Of a stretch of 64,000 bases of DNA, positions 46,792 to 59,998 are shown piece by piece. The notes beneath the pieces were generated by a model that saw nothing but the letters and a program-made list of their open reading frames with translations, was not told the DNA's origin and searched no databases. The position numbers and the translations under genes were made by a program. Position 1 is the stretch's first letter. Every line of letters begins with the position of its first letter. Source of the stretch: an uncultured delta proteobacterium (lineage in GTDB: Bacteria; Desulfobacterota; Syntrophia; Syntrophales; UBA5619); contig CAWFOM010000001.1 in NCBI GenBank assembly GCA_963817385.1, positions 224,001 to 288,000 of the forward strand. The letters are read 5' to 3'.

Positions 46792-49700
46792 ATGATCTAC
46801 AAGAAAAAACTCATTGAAGTCGCATTACCACTGGACGCGATTAACAAGGCATCGGCGCGGGAAAAGTCCATCCGCCACGGGCATCCGAGTACACTGCATC
46901 TCTGGTGGGCGAGGCGGCCCCTGGCGGCGGCGCGGGCAGTCATCTTTTCGCAGATGGTGGACGATCCGTCCGAATATACGGAAACACTGCTGAGCGATTC
47001 CAACAAGAAACGGGCAGCAATCCGAGAACTTGGTAAACGGAAAAGCGTCTGGGAAATGCGCAAGACCCGATATGAGGATGCTTGCCGCCATGGCGATCAG
47101 TCAGCTCCTGATCCGGGCCCTGAGCCCACGCTTCAGGAATGCATTGCCGATATCGAACGGGAACGACTGTTCCGCATCATCGAAGATCTGGTCCTGTGGG
47201 AGAACACGACCAACGAGACGGTCTTGCAGCAGGCGCGGGACGAGATCTGGCAGAGCTGGCGGCGGGCGTGCGCGGAGAATGCCGATCATCCACAGGCAAA
47301 GGAACTGTTTGATCGCTACAAACTGCCTGCTTTTCATGATCCCTTTGCTGGCGGCGGGTCGCTTCCGCTGGAGGCACAGCGACTGGGTCTTGAGGCGTAT
47401 GCCAGCGACCTGAACCCCGTGGCGGTGTTGATCAACAAGGCGATGATCGAGATCCCGCCCAAGTTCGCCGGCCGGCCGCCGGTGAATCCTGAAGCGATAA
47501 AACAAACAAGCATGGACTCCCAAGCCTGGTCTGGGGCACGTGGACTGGCAGAGGACGTTCGGTACTATGGAAAGTGGATTCGCGACGAGGCGGAAAAGCG
47601 TATCGGCTATCTTTATCCCAAAGCCGAGGTGACGGCAGAGATGGCAAAGGAGCGGCCGGACCTGAAGAAATATGTGGGACAGAAGCTTACCGTCATCGCT
47701 TGGCTCTGGGCACGCACAGTGAAGAGTCCGAACCCTGCCTTCGCCAGTGTCGATGTACCGCTTGCCTCCACCTTCATGCTTTCCACCAAGGTAGGCAAAG
47801 AGGCCTATGTCGAGCCGGTGGTTGAGGACGGCGGTTACCGGTTTACGGTAAAGGTGGGGAAGCCGAAGGATGCGGCGGCTGCGAAGACCGGTACCAAGCT
47901 GGCGCGGGCAAACTTTGCTTGCCTGATGTCCGGTACGCCCGTATCTGGGGACTACATCAAGTCCGAGGGTAAGGCCGGACGTATGGGCGCGAGACTGATA
48001 GCCATCGTTGCCGCGGGTGAGCGCGGGCGGGTCTATCTCACGCCAACGCCAGATCATGAGGCTGTGGCGCAAAAGGCAAAACCGACGTGGCAGCCAGAGG
48101 GTGAAATTGCAACCAGAATGACTGGTGGAAATTGCACCCCGTACGGACTTACATCATGGAGTGATCTCTTCACTTCTCGTCAGCTCGTGGCGCTTACGAC
48201 CTTCTCCGATCTGGTGCAGGAAGCGCGTGAGCGGGTGAAGCGCGACGCCATCAAAGCCGGCCTGCCCGACGATGGCAAAGCCCTGGATAGAGTCGGCACT
48301 GGCGCCACGGCATATGCCGATGCGGTAGGCGTGTACGCAGGGATCACAGTCAGTAGGCAGGCGAATCGCGCTTGCACGATTTCGTTTTGGGACAACACAA
48401 GCCAAAAGATTCAACAAGCCTTCGGCCGACAGGCGCTACCGATGACTTGGGATTTTTGTGAGTCTAATCTTTTCAGTAGCTCCAGCGGAAACTGGCTCGG
48501 TCAACTCGATTTCCCCGCGAAGTGTATTGACGCCGCGCCGGCCAAACTGCCAGGGTTCGTATTGCAGCAGGACGCTCAGCAACAGGGTATCTCGACCGAC
48601 AAGGTGGTCTCTACTGACCCGCCTTATTACGACAACATTGGTTACGCCGACCTCTCGGACTTCTTTTATGTCTGGCTGCGTCGCTCGCTAAAACTCGTCT
48701 TTCCCGATCTTTTCACCACGCTCGCCGTGCCCAAAGCCGAAGAACTGGTGGCTACGCCCTACCGCCATGGCAGCAAGGAAAAAGCGGAGGCGTTCTTCCT
48801 CGACGGCATGACGCAGGCCATGCATCGTCTCGCCGAACAGGCCCACCCGGCCTTTCCAGTCACGATCTACTACGCCTTCAAACAAGCCGAAAGCGATGGC
48901 TGTGACGGTACGACCAACACCGGCTGGGATACCTTCCTGGCAGCCGTCATCGAGTCCGGTTTCGCCATCAGTGGCACTTGGCCGATGCGCACCGAATTGA
49001 CAGGTAATCTCAAGAAGAATGTCGCAACGCCCTTGCCTCAAGCATCATCCTTGTCTGCCGCCAGCGTGCGGTCGATGCGCCCACCGCCACACGTCGCGAG
49101 TTTGTTACCGCACTCAAGGCTGAGCTGCCCATAGCACTTGCACATCTCCAGCGCGGCAACATCGCCCCGGTGGATCTGGCCCAGGCGGCCATTGGTCCCG
49201 GCATGGCGATCTACACCCGTTACGCCCGGGTGCTCGACGCCGAGGGTAAGCCGCTCTCCGTGCGCGAGGCGCTGACTCTCATCAACCAGACCCTTGACGA
49301 GGCGCTCGCTGAGCAGGAGGGCGACTTCGACGCTGACAGCCGCTGGGCGGTGGCGTGGTTTGAGCAGTCAGGGTTCGCTGAAGGAGAGTATGGTGTGGCC
49401 GAGATGCTTTCCAAGGCGAAGAACACCAGCGTCGCCGGCATGGTCGAGACAGGCATCCTGACCTCCAGCCACGGCAAGGTGCGGCTACTCCGTCCTGACG
49501 AATTGCCTGCCGACTGGGATCCGGGGACAGACAAACGCCTGACAGCATGGGAAGGGTGCATCAGCTCATCCGCGCGCTTGAATCCGGCGGCGAAGGGGCG
49601 GCTGCGGCGCTCGTGGCTAAGTTGGGCACGAAGGCCGAAATTGCCCGCGAGCTGGCCTATCGCCTCTACACGCTCTGCGAGCGGAAGAAACGCGCTGCCG

Positions 49701-49807
49701 AGGCGCTCTCCTACAATGGCTTGGTACAGAGCTGGCCCGAAATCACGCGTCTCGCCCGCGAGGAGGGTAAACCCCGGCAAGTGGCGCCCGGATTGTTTGA
49801 CGAATAA
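46792..49807 (+). CDS. DUF1156 adenine-specific DNA methyltransferase (frameshifts near 49030 and 49555)
   Basis: [35 protein letters not shown]. Confidence 0.9.
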
Positions 49808-49822
49808 GAAAGGGAATAAAGC

Positions 49823-53198
<3,376 letters not shown>

Positions 53199-53227
53199 GG
53201 GTACGAGCTTTAGGAGGAGTGCCTGAC

Positions 53228-53422
53228 ATGAATGAGGATAAGAAAATCGCTGCCGGTAGAAGCGAAAAAAGCTGTTGGGATTGCAGCTATCAGCAAATAG
53301 CCGGTGATACATTTCTCGGCAAGTGCACCTGGTTCTCAAAGCATAAGCGGGAAAAGGATAAAGATATCACGCCTAAAGTCGTTGATGTCGGCTGTAAGTA
53401 TTTCGTTCAAAGGGGGATGTAG
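53228..53422 (+). CDS. Small four-Cys hypothetical protein
   Basis: CWDC...KC...GCKYF; GGAGGAG RBS. Confidence 0.55.
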   Translation: MNEDKKIAAGRSEKSCWDCSYQQIAGDTFLGKCTWFSKHKREKDKDITPKVVDVGCKYFVQRGM

Positions 53423-53423
53423 T

Positions 53424-54013
53424 ATGAGTATGTCTGCCTTGCAAGGCATGATTGGAGGATTGCCAAGAAACCTTTCCGACCAAGTGCTGGGTTATGCCGA
53501 AAGCGTAGAACGCGTATTGCCGGAAATATTTAGAGATGCCGGCAAAGCATTCGACAATAATATCGCCGATCGCGAGACGAAAGTCTTGAGAGAGTGCATT
53601 ACCCGATTACCACGTCTGCTGATGAATGGTCGAAGGAAATCCATAGTCTGCATAAACTCCTTGTCGAAGGCTTTGCAACAAAAGAACTTCGGGCTTTGGC
53701 CCAGAATCTCAACCGTGTAATCGATCCAAAATGGAAATCGATCAAACTGATAGAAGAAATCCTCTACGGTCTCTCGATAGATGAAGATCAAATACAGGAA
53801 ATTGCCGCACCTTTACAAGACCTCAATTACTTACGGGTCAAGATCTGTGGGCACATCTCAGGCAAAGAGGCAAACCAGATTAAGGCTGCCATTCTGAAAC
53901 AGCACAAGACGTATCCATGCCACTACCGCTATTTATGCACACAATGTGATAAAGCGGTTCGATCCTTGCGGGTCCATCTTAAGTGTCAGTCCAAAATCAT
54001 GACCCCCGAGTAG
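53424..54013 (+). pseudogene. Fused gene fragments, the second with a HEPN-like RxxxxxH motif
   Basis: MSMSALQG... breaks near 53575 into a start-less ORF containing YLRVKICGH. Confidence 0.4.
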
Positions 54014-54026
54014 GTCCCTCCATTAC

Positions 54027-54518
54027 TCACTGTAGATCTTCGATCGAGGTTTCATTCGGGGAGAACTCGATGCGATCTAGGTCACCTCTCCTGTATTTCA
54101 TATTCCGGATAGTAATTTCGAGTTCCTTGAAAATTCCGGCCACGAGACAAGGGAATAGTGAGTAGAATGTGTCCGAAGCAAGGTGCATCGTCCCGAATAG
54201 CTTCCCATCCTGTGTCCAAACACCGCCGACGGCGTCTGGATCCGACCGCCAATCCTTCCGCGGTACATGGGTAGGGAAGATCCAAAGAACAACCTTCTGC
54301 CCCTTGCGAGGCCGTGTCTTCCGATTTGTCCAATGGTGGCGGACGGTGCCGAAGACCTCGAGATGATCCCACTCGTCGATGCCGCCTTCTTTGTCACTAA
54401 ACCCCTTCATAGGGGGAACACGGTTTACACCGAACCGGAATGTCCGTTGCCATCCTTCCACAGTGCAATAGAGATCGTCGACGACCGGCACCTCTTTGCC
54501 TTTCTTTCTCTCTACCAT
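54027..54518 (-). CDS. Hypothetical protein (163 aa)
   Basis: GGAGG RBS, clean ORF, no recognisable motif. Confidence 0.6.
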   Translation of the reverse strand: MVERKKGKEVPVVDDLYCTVEGWQRTFRFGVNRVPPMKGFSDKEGGIDEWDHLEVFGTVRHHWTNRKTRPRKGQKVVLWIFPTHVPRKDWRSDPDAVGGVWTQDGKLFGTMHLASDTFYSLFPCLVAGIFKELEITIRNMKYRRGDLDRIEFSPNETSIEDLQ

Positions 54519-54695
54519 ATTAATCCTCCCTAATCCCTTACTCTTCTTTCGGCCCTAAGCACCTCGCACGGAGATCACGGAGCAAGTTCCTATTTTCTCG
54601 AAGTGATCCGTCACAGTGGGGAATATAGTGGGGAATGATAGATTAAAACGAACAAAGGGTCGCGAATAATATCCACAACCCTTTGTATTCATTTA

Positions 54696-54743
54696 TGGTA
54701 GTCCCACGGGGGCTTGAACCCCGGTTTCCGGCGTGAGAGGCGA
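54696..54743 (-). mobile_element. 3' fragment of tRNA-Glu(CTC): att-site remnant
   Basis: Minus strand reads TCGCCTCTCACGCCGGAAACCGGGGTTCAAGCCCCCGTGGGACTACCA: anticodon loop, T-arm and CCA present, 5' half absent. Confidence 0.75.
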
Positions 54744-55377
54744 ATGACAAAGATATCTAAGCCACCTGTTTTATTACAAGTATTCGCTTTCATTAAAATC
54801 CGTGTGTCCTCCAGTGTAATGGTGTGCAACCGTTTTACCCCGATTTCAGAGGTAAAGGACACACACTTCCAGGACTGACATTGTGCTGGTTGTGGGATCA
54901 ATTTCCATGCGCTTCCACCATTAATTCATCGATCCAATAATCGGCTCGGTACACCCGACGCGGATGGGAGTTGGTATGCAAATCCAGGCACGAAAGCTCG
55001 TGCCCTGAAACCCCAAACGTGGTCGCGAGGATGGCGGCGTATAGAGTGATGTGCCATGAATCAGATTTGGCCACAAACACGGAATCGGGTGGCGCATTGG
55101 CTTCTTCCTGAATGAGAGCGTCTGGTAATTTTCATGGGAGCACACCCTCTCAATTGTAAATAAATGATCGAGAAAAGAAAAAAGATAGAGCTGACAATCC
55201 TGTCTTTCTCATTGCGATGATACTTAATCCATTGATTTTGACAAACGAAAAGTATTGTGATTTATATGTGTCGTTACCCTGAGCAATAGACGGTCTTACT
55301 TATCTGTAGTTACTGGATTTTAGTCGTATGATACAGACTGTACATTGTTATTCAGCGCAACTAGGCAGTGGAAGACA

Positions 55378-56211
55378 ATGATGATCAATAATCAATACCG
55401 TCTTCTACTGCGAGCAAGCGCTATTGTTCTATTTGTTGTATGTGCGAAACTCTTCGTGCATTACCTAGAATGGGAAGTGCTATCGATTAACCCATTGTTC
55501 TCTGGGATCGTTGCTGCCAATGTCTTTCTGATGGGGTTTCTTCTAAGCGGTGTACTGTCGGATTACAAGGAAAGCGAGCGGCTCCCGGGTGAGTTGAGCG
55601 CATGTATCGAGAATCTGGCTCAAGAAGTATGCGGTATCAGAATGGCAAAACGTGAAGCCAATGTAGGTCCGTGTCTAATTCGTCTATCGATATTGAGTCA
55701 GGACATTCTAAGTTGGTTCCATAAAAAACACCGCACGCCAGAACTGCTGGAGCATTTGAACGCTCTAACCCCTGAGTTCGCAGCGATGGAACAATGGACT
55801 CAAGCGACTCTCGTGGCTCGATTAAAGCAAGAGCAGAGTAATCTCCGGCGCACTATCATACGCATTCACACCATTCGAGAAACCTCCTTCGTTTCTGCCG
55901 GTTATTTGCTTTCCGATATCATCACTATTCTTCTTTGCATAGGGCTCATATTGGCCAAAATTGAGCCGTTTTACGAGTCGTTGTTCTTCGTCAGTGTCAT
56001 CTCGTATCTGATGATTTTTCTCCTTATATTAATCAGGGATCTTGACAATCCTTTTGGTTACTATGAACGCTATTCTGGGGCAGACGTATCACTGAAACCG
56101 CTCGAGGACGCGGCGCATCGTCTTGCGCAGATCGCCAGCGTCGAAGATTCTGCTCTCGATGGGTGTACCAAGTTATTCACTGCATCGGATATGGCTGGGT
56201 TGCAACGGTAA
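55378..56211 (+). CDS. Bestrophin-like membrane protein
   Basis: About 4 TM segments, DYKESE and DLDNPF motifs. Confidence 0.55.
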   Translation: MMINNQYRLLLRASAIVLFVVCAKLFVHYLEWEVLSINPLFSGIVAANVFLMGFLLSGVLSDYKESERLPGELSACIENLAQEVCGIRMAKREANVGPCLIRLSILSQDILSWFHKKHRTPELLEHLNALTPEFAAMEQWTQATLVARLKQEQSNLRRTIIRIHTIRETSFVSAGYLLSDIITILLCIGLILAKIEPFYESLFFVSVISYLMIFLLILIRDLDNPFGYYERYSGADVSLKPLEDAAHRLAQIASVEDSALDGCTKLFTASDMAGLQR

Positions 56212-56388
56212 GCTTTGGCGTTGCAAATCATTTGATCAAATGCATATCCTCAGAATATTGTATTTATCATACTTACAACTTTGATACGGAGCCAGCGACT
56301 CTGTCGATTTGGCGATCTTGAAAAACTTAACCGACTCCTTTATTGAAGCCTTCCGGGGATATGCTTAGCTCTAAATGAGCAGACCAGA

Positions 56389-57297
56389 TTACTTTTTTAT
56401 CGGCACACCCACCCCAAGTTCCATCATAAAACGGTCAAATTCCGGTGTCCAGATTGGAATACCGCTTTTAGAACCAAAGAGGAAGTGACCATCCTTACCG
56501 AAAGGCGGCTGTATCACCAGCTTGCCCTTAGCTCCGGCTTCCTGAAAGGCCGCAAACATGGCCCTGACGACCTGCGGCCCAAAAAAAAGATCATTTTCAG
56601 CATAGTGCCAGAGAACGGGGATTCTTATCGTTTTGGCAAATTTTCTTATTGTTTCGACCAGTCGCTCAGGGGTACAGGGGCTTCCCAGAGGGGAGTTGGT
56701 TGTTCCGCCCTGTCCTCCGGCGAAATTGACAACGCCGATAACACCGGGAGGATTCAGACTGGCGATTGCCAAAGAACCAAAGCCTCCGGCTGATTGACCA
56801 ACCAGAAGAATTTGGTCGGGGCGTACGAATGGAAGTTTGGCTGCAAAGGTTAGGGTTGCCTGGATATCCTTGGCTGCTTCCATACCTGGTTCATAGTAAA
56901 ATGGTGCGTGGCATGATCCGAAATCTTCAGCCCAGGTACCCCCGGTTTTTCCGTGACCCCGCCTGATGGGGACAATAACGGCAAAGCCGCGGTTAAGGAA
57001 TTCACGGATTTGGGGAATAATCCGGAAACGGCCGATTTGTTGACGGATAAGGGGGTTACTTCGGGTCCCATGGCTTAAGACGATAAGTGGAAAGGGGCCG
57101 TCTCCTGGAGGATGAAAGATTGTCGTCGTTAGTTGAACCTCTTTCTTCCCGAAAAAGCTGTCCAAGACCATGGGAACCTGAACGATTTGCTCATTGAGAT
57201 CAGAAAGAATTTCTTCATCCTGGGCAAAAACCGATAAGGGTATTAAAACAATAATCGCCAGGATCAGACATCCGAACAACAAGGATTTTTTCTTCAT
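56389..57297 (-). CDS. Secreted alpha/beta hydrolase (dienelactone hydrolase-like)
   Basis: Signal peptide, SHG, RRGHG, GQSAGG, END, DGH triad. Confidence 0.85.
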   Translation of the reverse strand: MKKKSLLFGCLILAIIVLIPLSVFAQDEEILSDLNEQIVQVPMVLDSFFGKKEVQLTTTIFHPPGDGPFPLIVLSHGTRSNPLIRQQIGRFRIIPQIREFLNRGFAVIVPIRRGHGKTGGTWAEDFGSCHAPFYYEPGMEAAKDIQATLTFAAKLPFVRPDQILLVGQSAGGFGSLAIASLNPPGVIGVVNFAGGQGGTTNSPLGSPCTPERLVETIRKFAKTIRIPVLWHYAENDLFFGPQVVRAMFAAFQEAGAKGKLVIQPPFGKDGHFLFGSKSGIPIWTPEFDRFMMELGVGVPIKK

Positions 57298-57783
57298 GTT
57301 GGCCTTCTGTCAACAAAGCACCGTTATTTTTTCAAGAACGCCGAGCCATTGCCCTTATATTTTTTTATGTAACCTTTATCCCCGTCTTTGTCAAAAAGAA
57401 ACCCGGTTACGACCTTAACAGCTTCAAAACAGTCCTTATATGTTCCCAATAAATAATTCGGGCATCTGGGGCGGGTTGAAGAGTTCAAACGCAATCGCTG
57501 TTTCGTGTGCCTAGGTTTTTTTGAGGACTAGTAGAGTCATGTGATCTCGACGCTCCCTACTTCCGATACCTGCCTCTTATTCCGTTGACATCCTCTCTTA
57601 TTTTGCCTATCCTCAATCCACTAGATCCGATAAATTGCAATGGCAACGCTATGCACGTAAAAACAGCCTCCATAAGCTCCAGGCAATGATCTCCGGAGCT
57701 GCTGAGAAACTGGTACCCACAAGGGCAAAGAAAGAACTGAAACCCGTAAAAGCTGTGAAAACCAAGGAAAGGAGACCATTAGA

Positions 57784-58281
57784 ATGACTACGCAAGCTGC
57801 ATTCACGACAGAACAGTGGAACCTTCTGAGGATCGTACCTTCGCTCGTAGTCGATGGCGTCTCCACCGTCGATCCGAGCGGCATCTTTGGCACTATCAAG
57901 GAAGCGTTGGACGGAATGACTGAAAAGATCGAGGCGCTCCAGCAAGGATCAGAAATCGAGCTCCTGGACGAGATACTTGCGGACAAAAGCATTCTCAAGT
58001 TGCCTGACCCGAAGACATTGGCCGGCGAGGGCAACCGTGAACAACAGATGGCAAATCTCAAGTCGGCAGTGCTTGGTCACATAAGGGATGTAGCGAACCT
58101 GGTGAGCCAGAAGGCTTCACCCGAAGAGGCGAAAGCTTACAAACAGATGATCATAAGTGTGGCAACGAAGGCGGCAAAGGCGTCCAAAGAAGGCGGTTTT
58201 CTCGGCTTCGGCGGAGTACTGGTGAGCAACGCCGAACAGTCCTTCCTGAATGACGTGAAGGCCGCGCTGCAGCTCACCTGA
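57784..58281 (+). CDS. Conserved hypothetical protein (KEGGFLGFGG motif)
   Basis: Clean ORF with RBS; EA.AYK...ASKEGGFLGFGG..VS.AE. Confidence 0.7.
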   Translation: MTTQAAFTTEQWNLLRIVPSLVVDGVSTVDPSGIFGTIKEALDGMTEKIEALQQGSEIELLDEILADKSILKLPDPKTLAGEGNREQQMANLKSAVLGHIRDVANLVSQKASPEEAKAYKQMIISVATKAAKASKEGGFLGFGGVLVSNAEQSFLNDVKAALQLT

Positions 58282-58655
58282 ACATTGAGGCGGGAGACGC
58301 TCACCGTGCTAACAACATCCTGTTTTATGGCAGTTGGATACTCGTCGTGATCCCACAAGAATCTCTGGTAACAGGTAAAACAGCCCAACATCAGAATGCT
58401 CAACCGGAAGATTTGCCAACCCTATAAACACTTTCCCTCATTACCACTCCCTAAAATGCAATTGACACAATGTTCTTCTTTTTACACCACCCGCGACAAC
58501 AAACATTTTGATCCGGAAAAGACTCTGCGAATTCCACAACAAGACAGCCACTTCAACACATCGTTTCAAGAATCGTCAACAAACAGGACCTGTTGCCATG
58601 GCACCTTTATTATGCTTGACTTTATCGCATTAATGCCGTAAAAAACTTAGTAATT

Positions 58656-59003
58656 ATGAAAACATCCAAAGAGCCCAACAATCGTAGCAGTAAGCGTATC
58701 CGGAGATGCATAGGCCTGCTCCTGACATCATGCTTTTTCCTGGGTGTGGTCGCCCTTGCCATGCACCACCATAACGTTTCCTTTCAGCTCAAGAGCTGCA
58801 CCATCTGCAAGGCAAAGACATATTCTTCGGGAACCCTCAACAAGGTCAAGGCAGATCCTCCCTTATCAACAGCAACTGTAAACCATTGCTCAGATGAGAT
58901 TTACTTCACCTATTCCCGGATTAAATTTTATCATCAAACACCCTTCATCGACTCATTTCTGCCCAACTCCTTCTTAAATAAAGCACCCCCTTCCATCGCC
59001 TGA
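58656..59003 (+). CDS. Small exported His/Cys protein (HHH...CxxC...xAPP)
   Basis: Signal/TM segment, MHHH, CTIC, C-terminal KAPP. Confidence 0.5.
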   Translation: MKTSKEPNNRSSKRIRRCIGLLLTSCFFLGVVALAMHHHNVSFQLKSCTICKAKTYSSGTLNKVKADPPLSTATVNHCSDEIYFTYSRIKFYHQTPFIDSFLPNSFLNKAPPSIA

Positions 59004-59106
59004 ATCCATAGTATCGAACAGATCAAAACAAAACCAATTGAAGCGACACGCAAGTATCTTGATAATAATGTAATTCCATTATTTTATATGGACTAAGGAG
59101 GCTATC

Positions 59107-59381
59107 ATGAACTGTCCGGTATGCAATACAACTGTTGATGACTGAAAGACAGGGAACACAAATCGATTACTGCCCACAGTGCAGGGGTGTTTGGCTCGAA
59201 AAAGGAAAGCTTGACAAGATAATCGAACGGTCCGGCGCAGATCTGCTGCCGAAGACAATTCCTCAAGCTTATGGCGCCAGCCTGTCCGGCGAGATGAAGG
59301 CCACTATGATAAACATCAGGATGATCATTACGGCGGGGATCGAAAAAAAAGCGCGGATTTCTTCATGACCTGTTTGACTGA
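59107..59381 (+). CDS. zf-TFIIB domain protein (frameshifted)
   Basis: MNCPVC...IDYCPQCRGVWLEKGKLDKII...KKRGFLHDLFD. Confidence 0.75.
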
Positions 59382-59570
59382 GTACCCTATGGAAAGGATA
59401 GCGTATGCGTGTCGATTTATTTGGAGGATCAAAACATAACCGCTTTCCGGTCATTACGGATATCAGCTTGGTGAAGAGATATTTGCTCGTGCTCTACAAA
59501 GAGCTTAACGTGTAAAAGTATTTGACTGGGAATAACTAAAAAAGGGGACCAAGAGAGGAGGAAACAAAAG

Positions 59571-59876
59571 ATGACCGGAAAACCGAGTGACAAAGAGGAC
59601 GAATATTTCATCAGGATGGAATTCGAGAAAAAGAGGAAATTGGAGAAAGAGAGGCATAAGAAACTGGGAGAAGAGGAGAAGAAAAAACTCAAAGAACTCC
59701 ATTTCATGAGATGCCCAATGTGTGGAATGGAACTCATTGAAATTTATTATAATGGGGTTCACACGGAAAAGTGTTCCGAATGTGGGGGAATATGGCTCGA
59801 TGCGAAAGAGTTTGAGCTGTTATCAAAGACTGATAAATCGATTCTCGATGGTTTATTCGGCCTGTTTACAAAATAA
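59571..59876 (+). CDS. zf-TFIIB domain protein with coiled-coil N-terminus
   Basis: EDEYF, MRCPMCG, CSECGGIWLD. Confidence 0.8.
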   Translation: MTGKPSDKEDEYFIRMEFEKKRKLEKERHKKLGEEEKKKLKELHFMRCPMCGMELIEIYYNGVHTEKCSECGGIWLDAKEFELLSKTDKSILDGLFGLFTK

Positions 59877-59998
59877 TAATCCGGTCGACCGTCGCTCAAA
59901 CAAAAAATAATCCGCCATTTCCAATAAGGCAACCTGTAAAACAGGAGTACTTTGGAGGTTAGATATTGATCCGGGAAACTGAAGCAAAGGGAAGTTTC

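Noticed and set aside
54696..54743. Functional tRNA-Glu gene
   Set aside because: The 5' acceptor strand and D-arm are absent.
54750..55150. Short minus-strand ORFs next to the att site
   Set aside because: Fragmentary with no recognisable motif; probably a decayed gene, but not supportable.
57420..57780. Possible riboswitch in the long leader
   Set aside because: Only a promoter-like TTGACA...TATCCT and a weak hairpin; no aptamer consensus I recognise. An Rfam scan would be needed.
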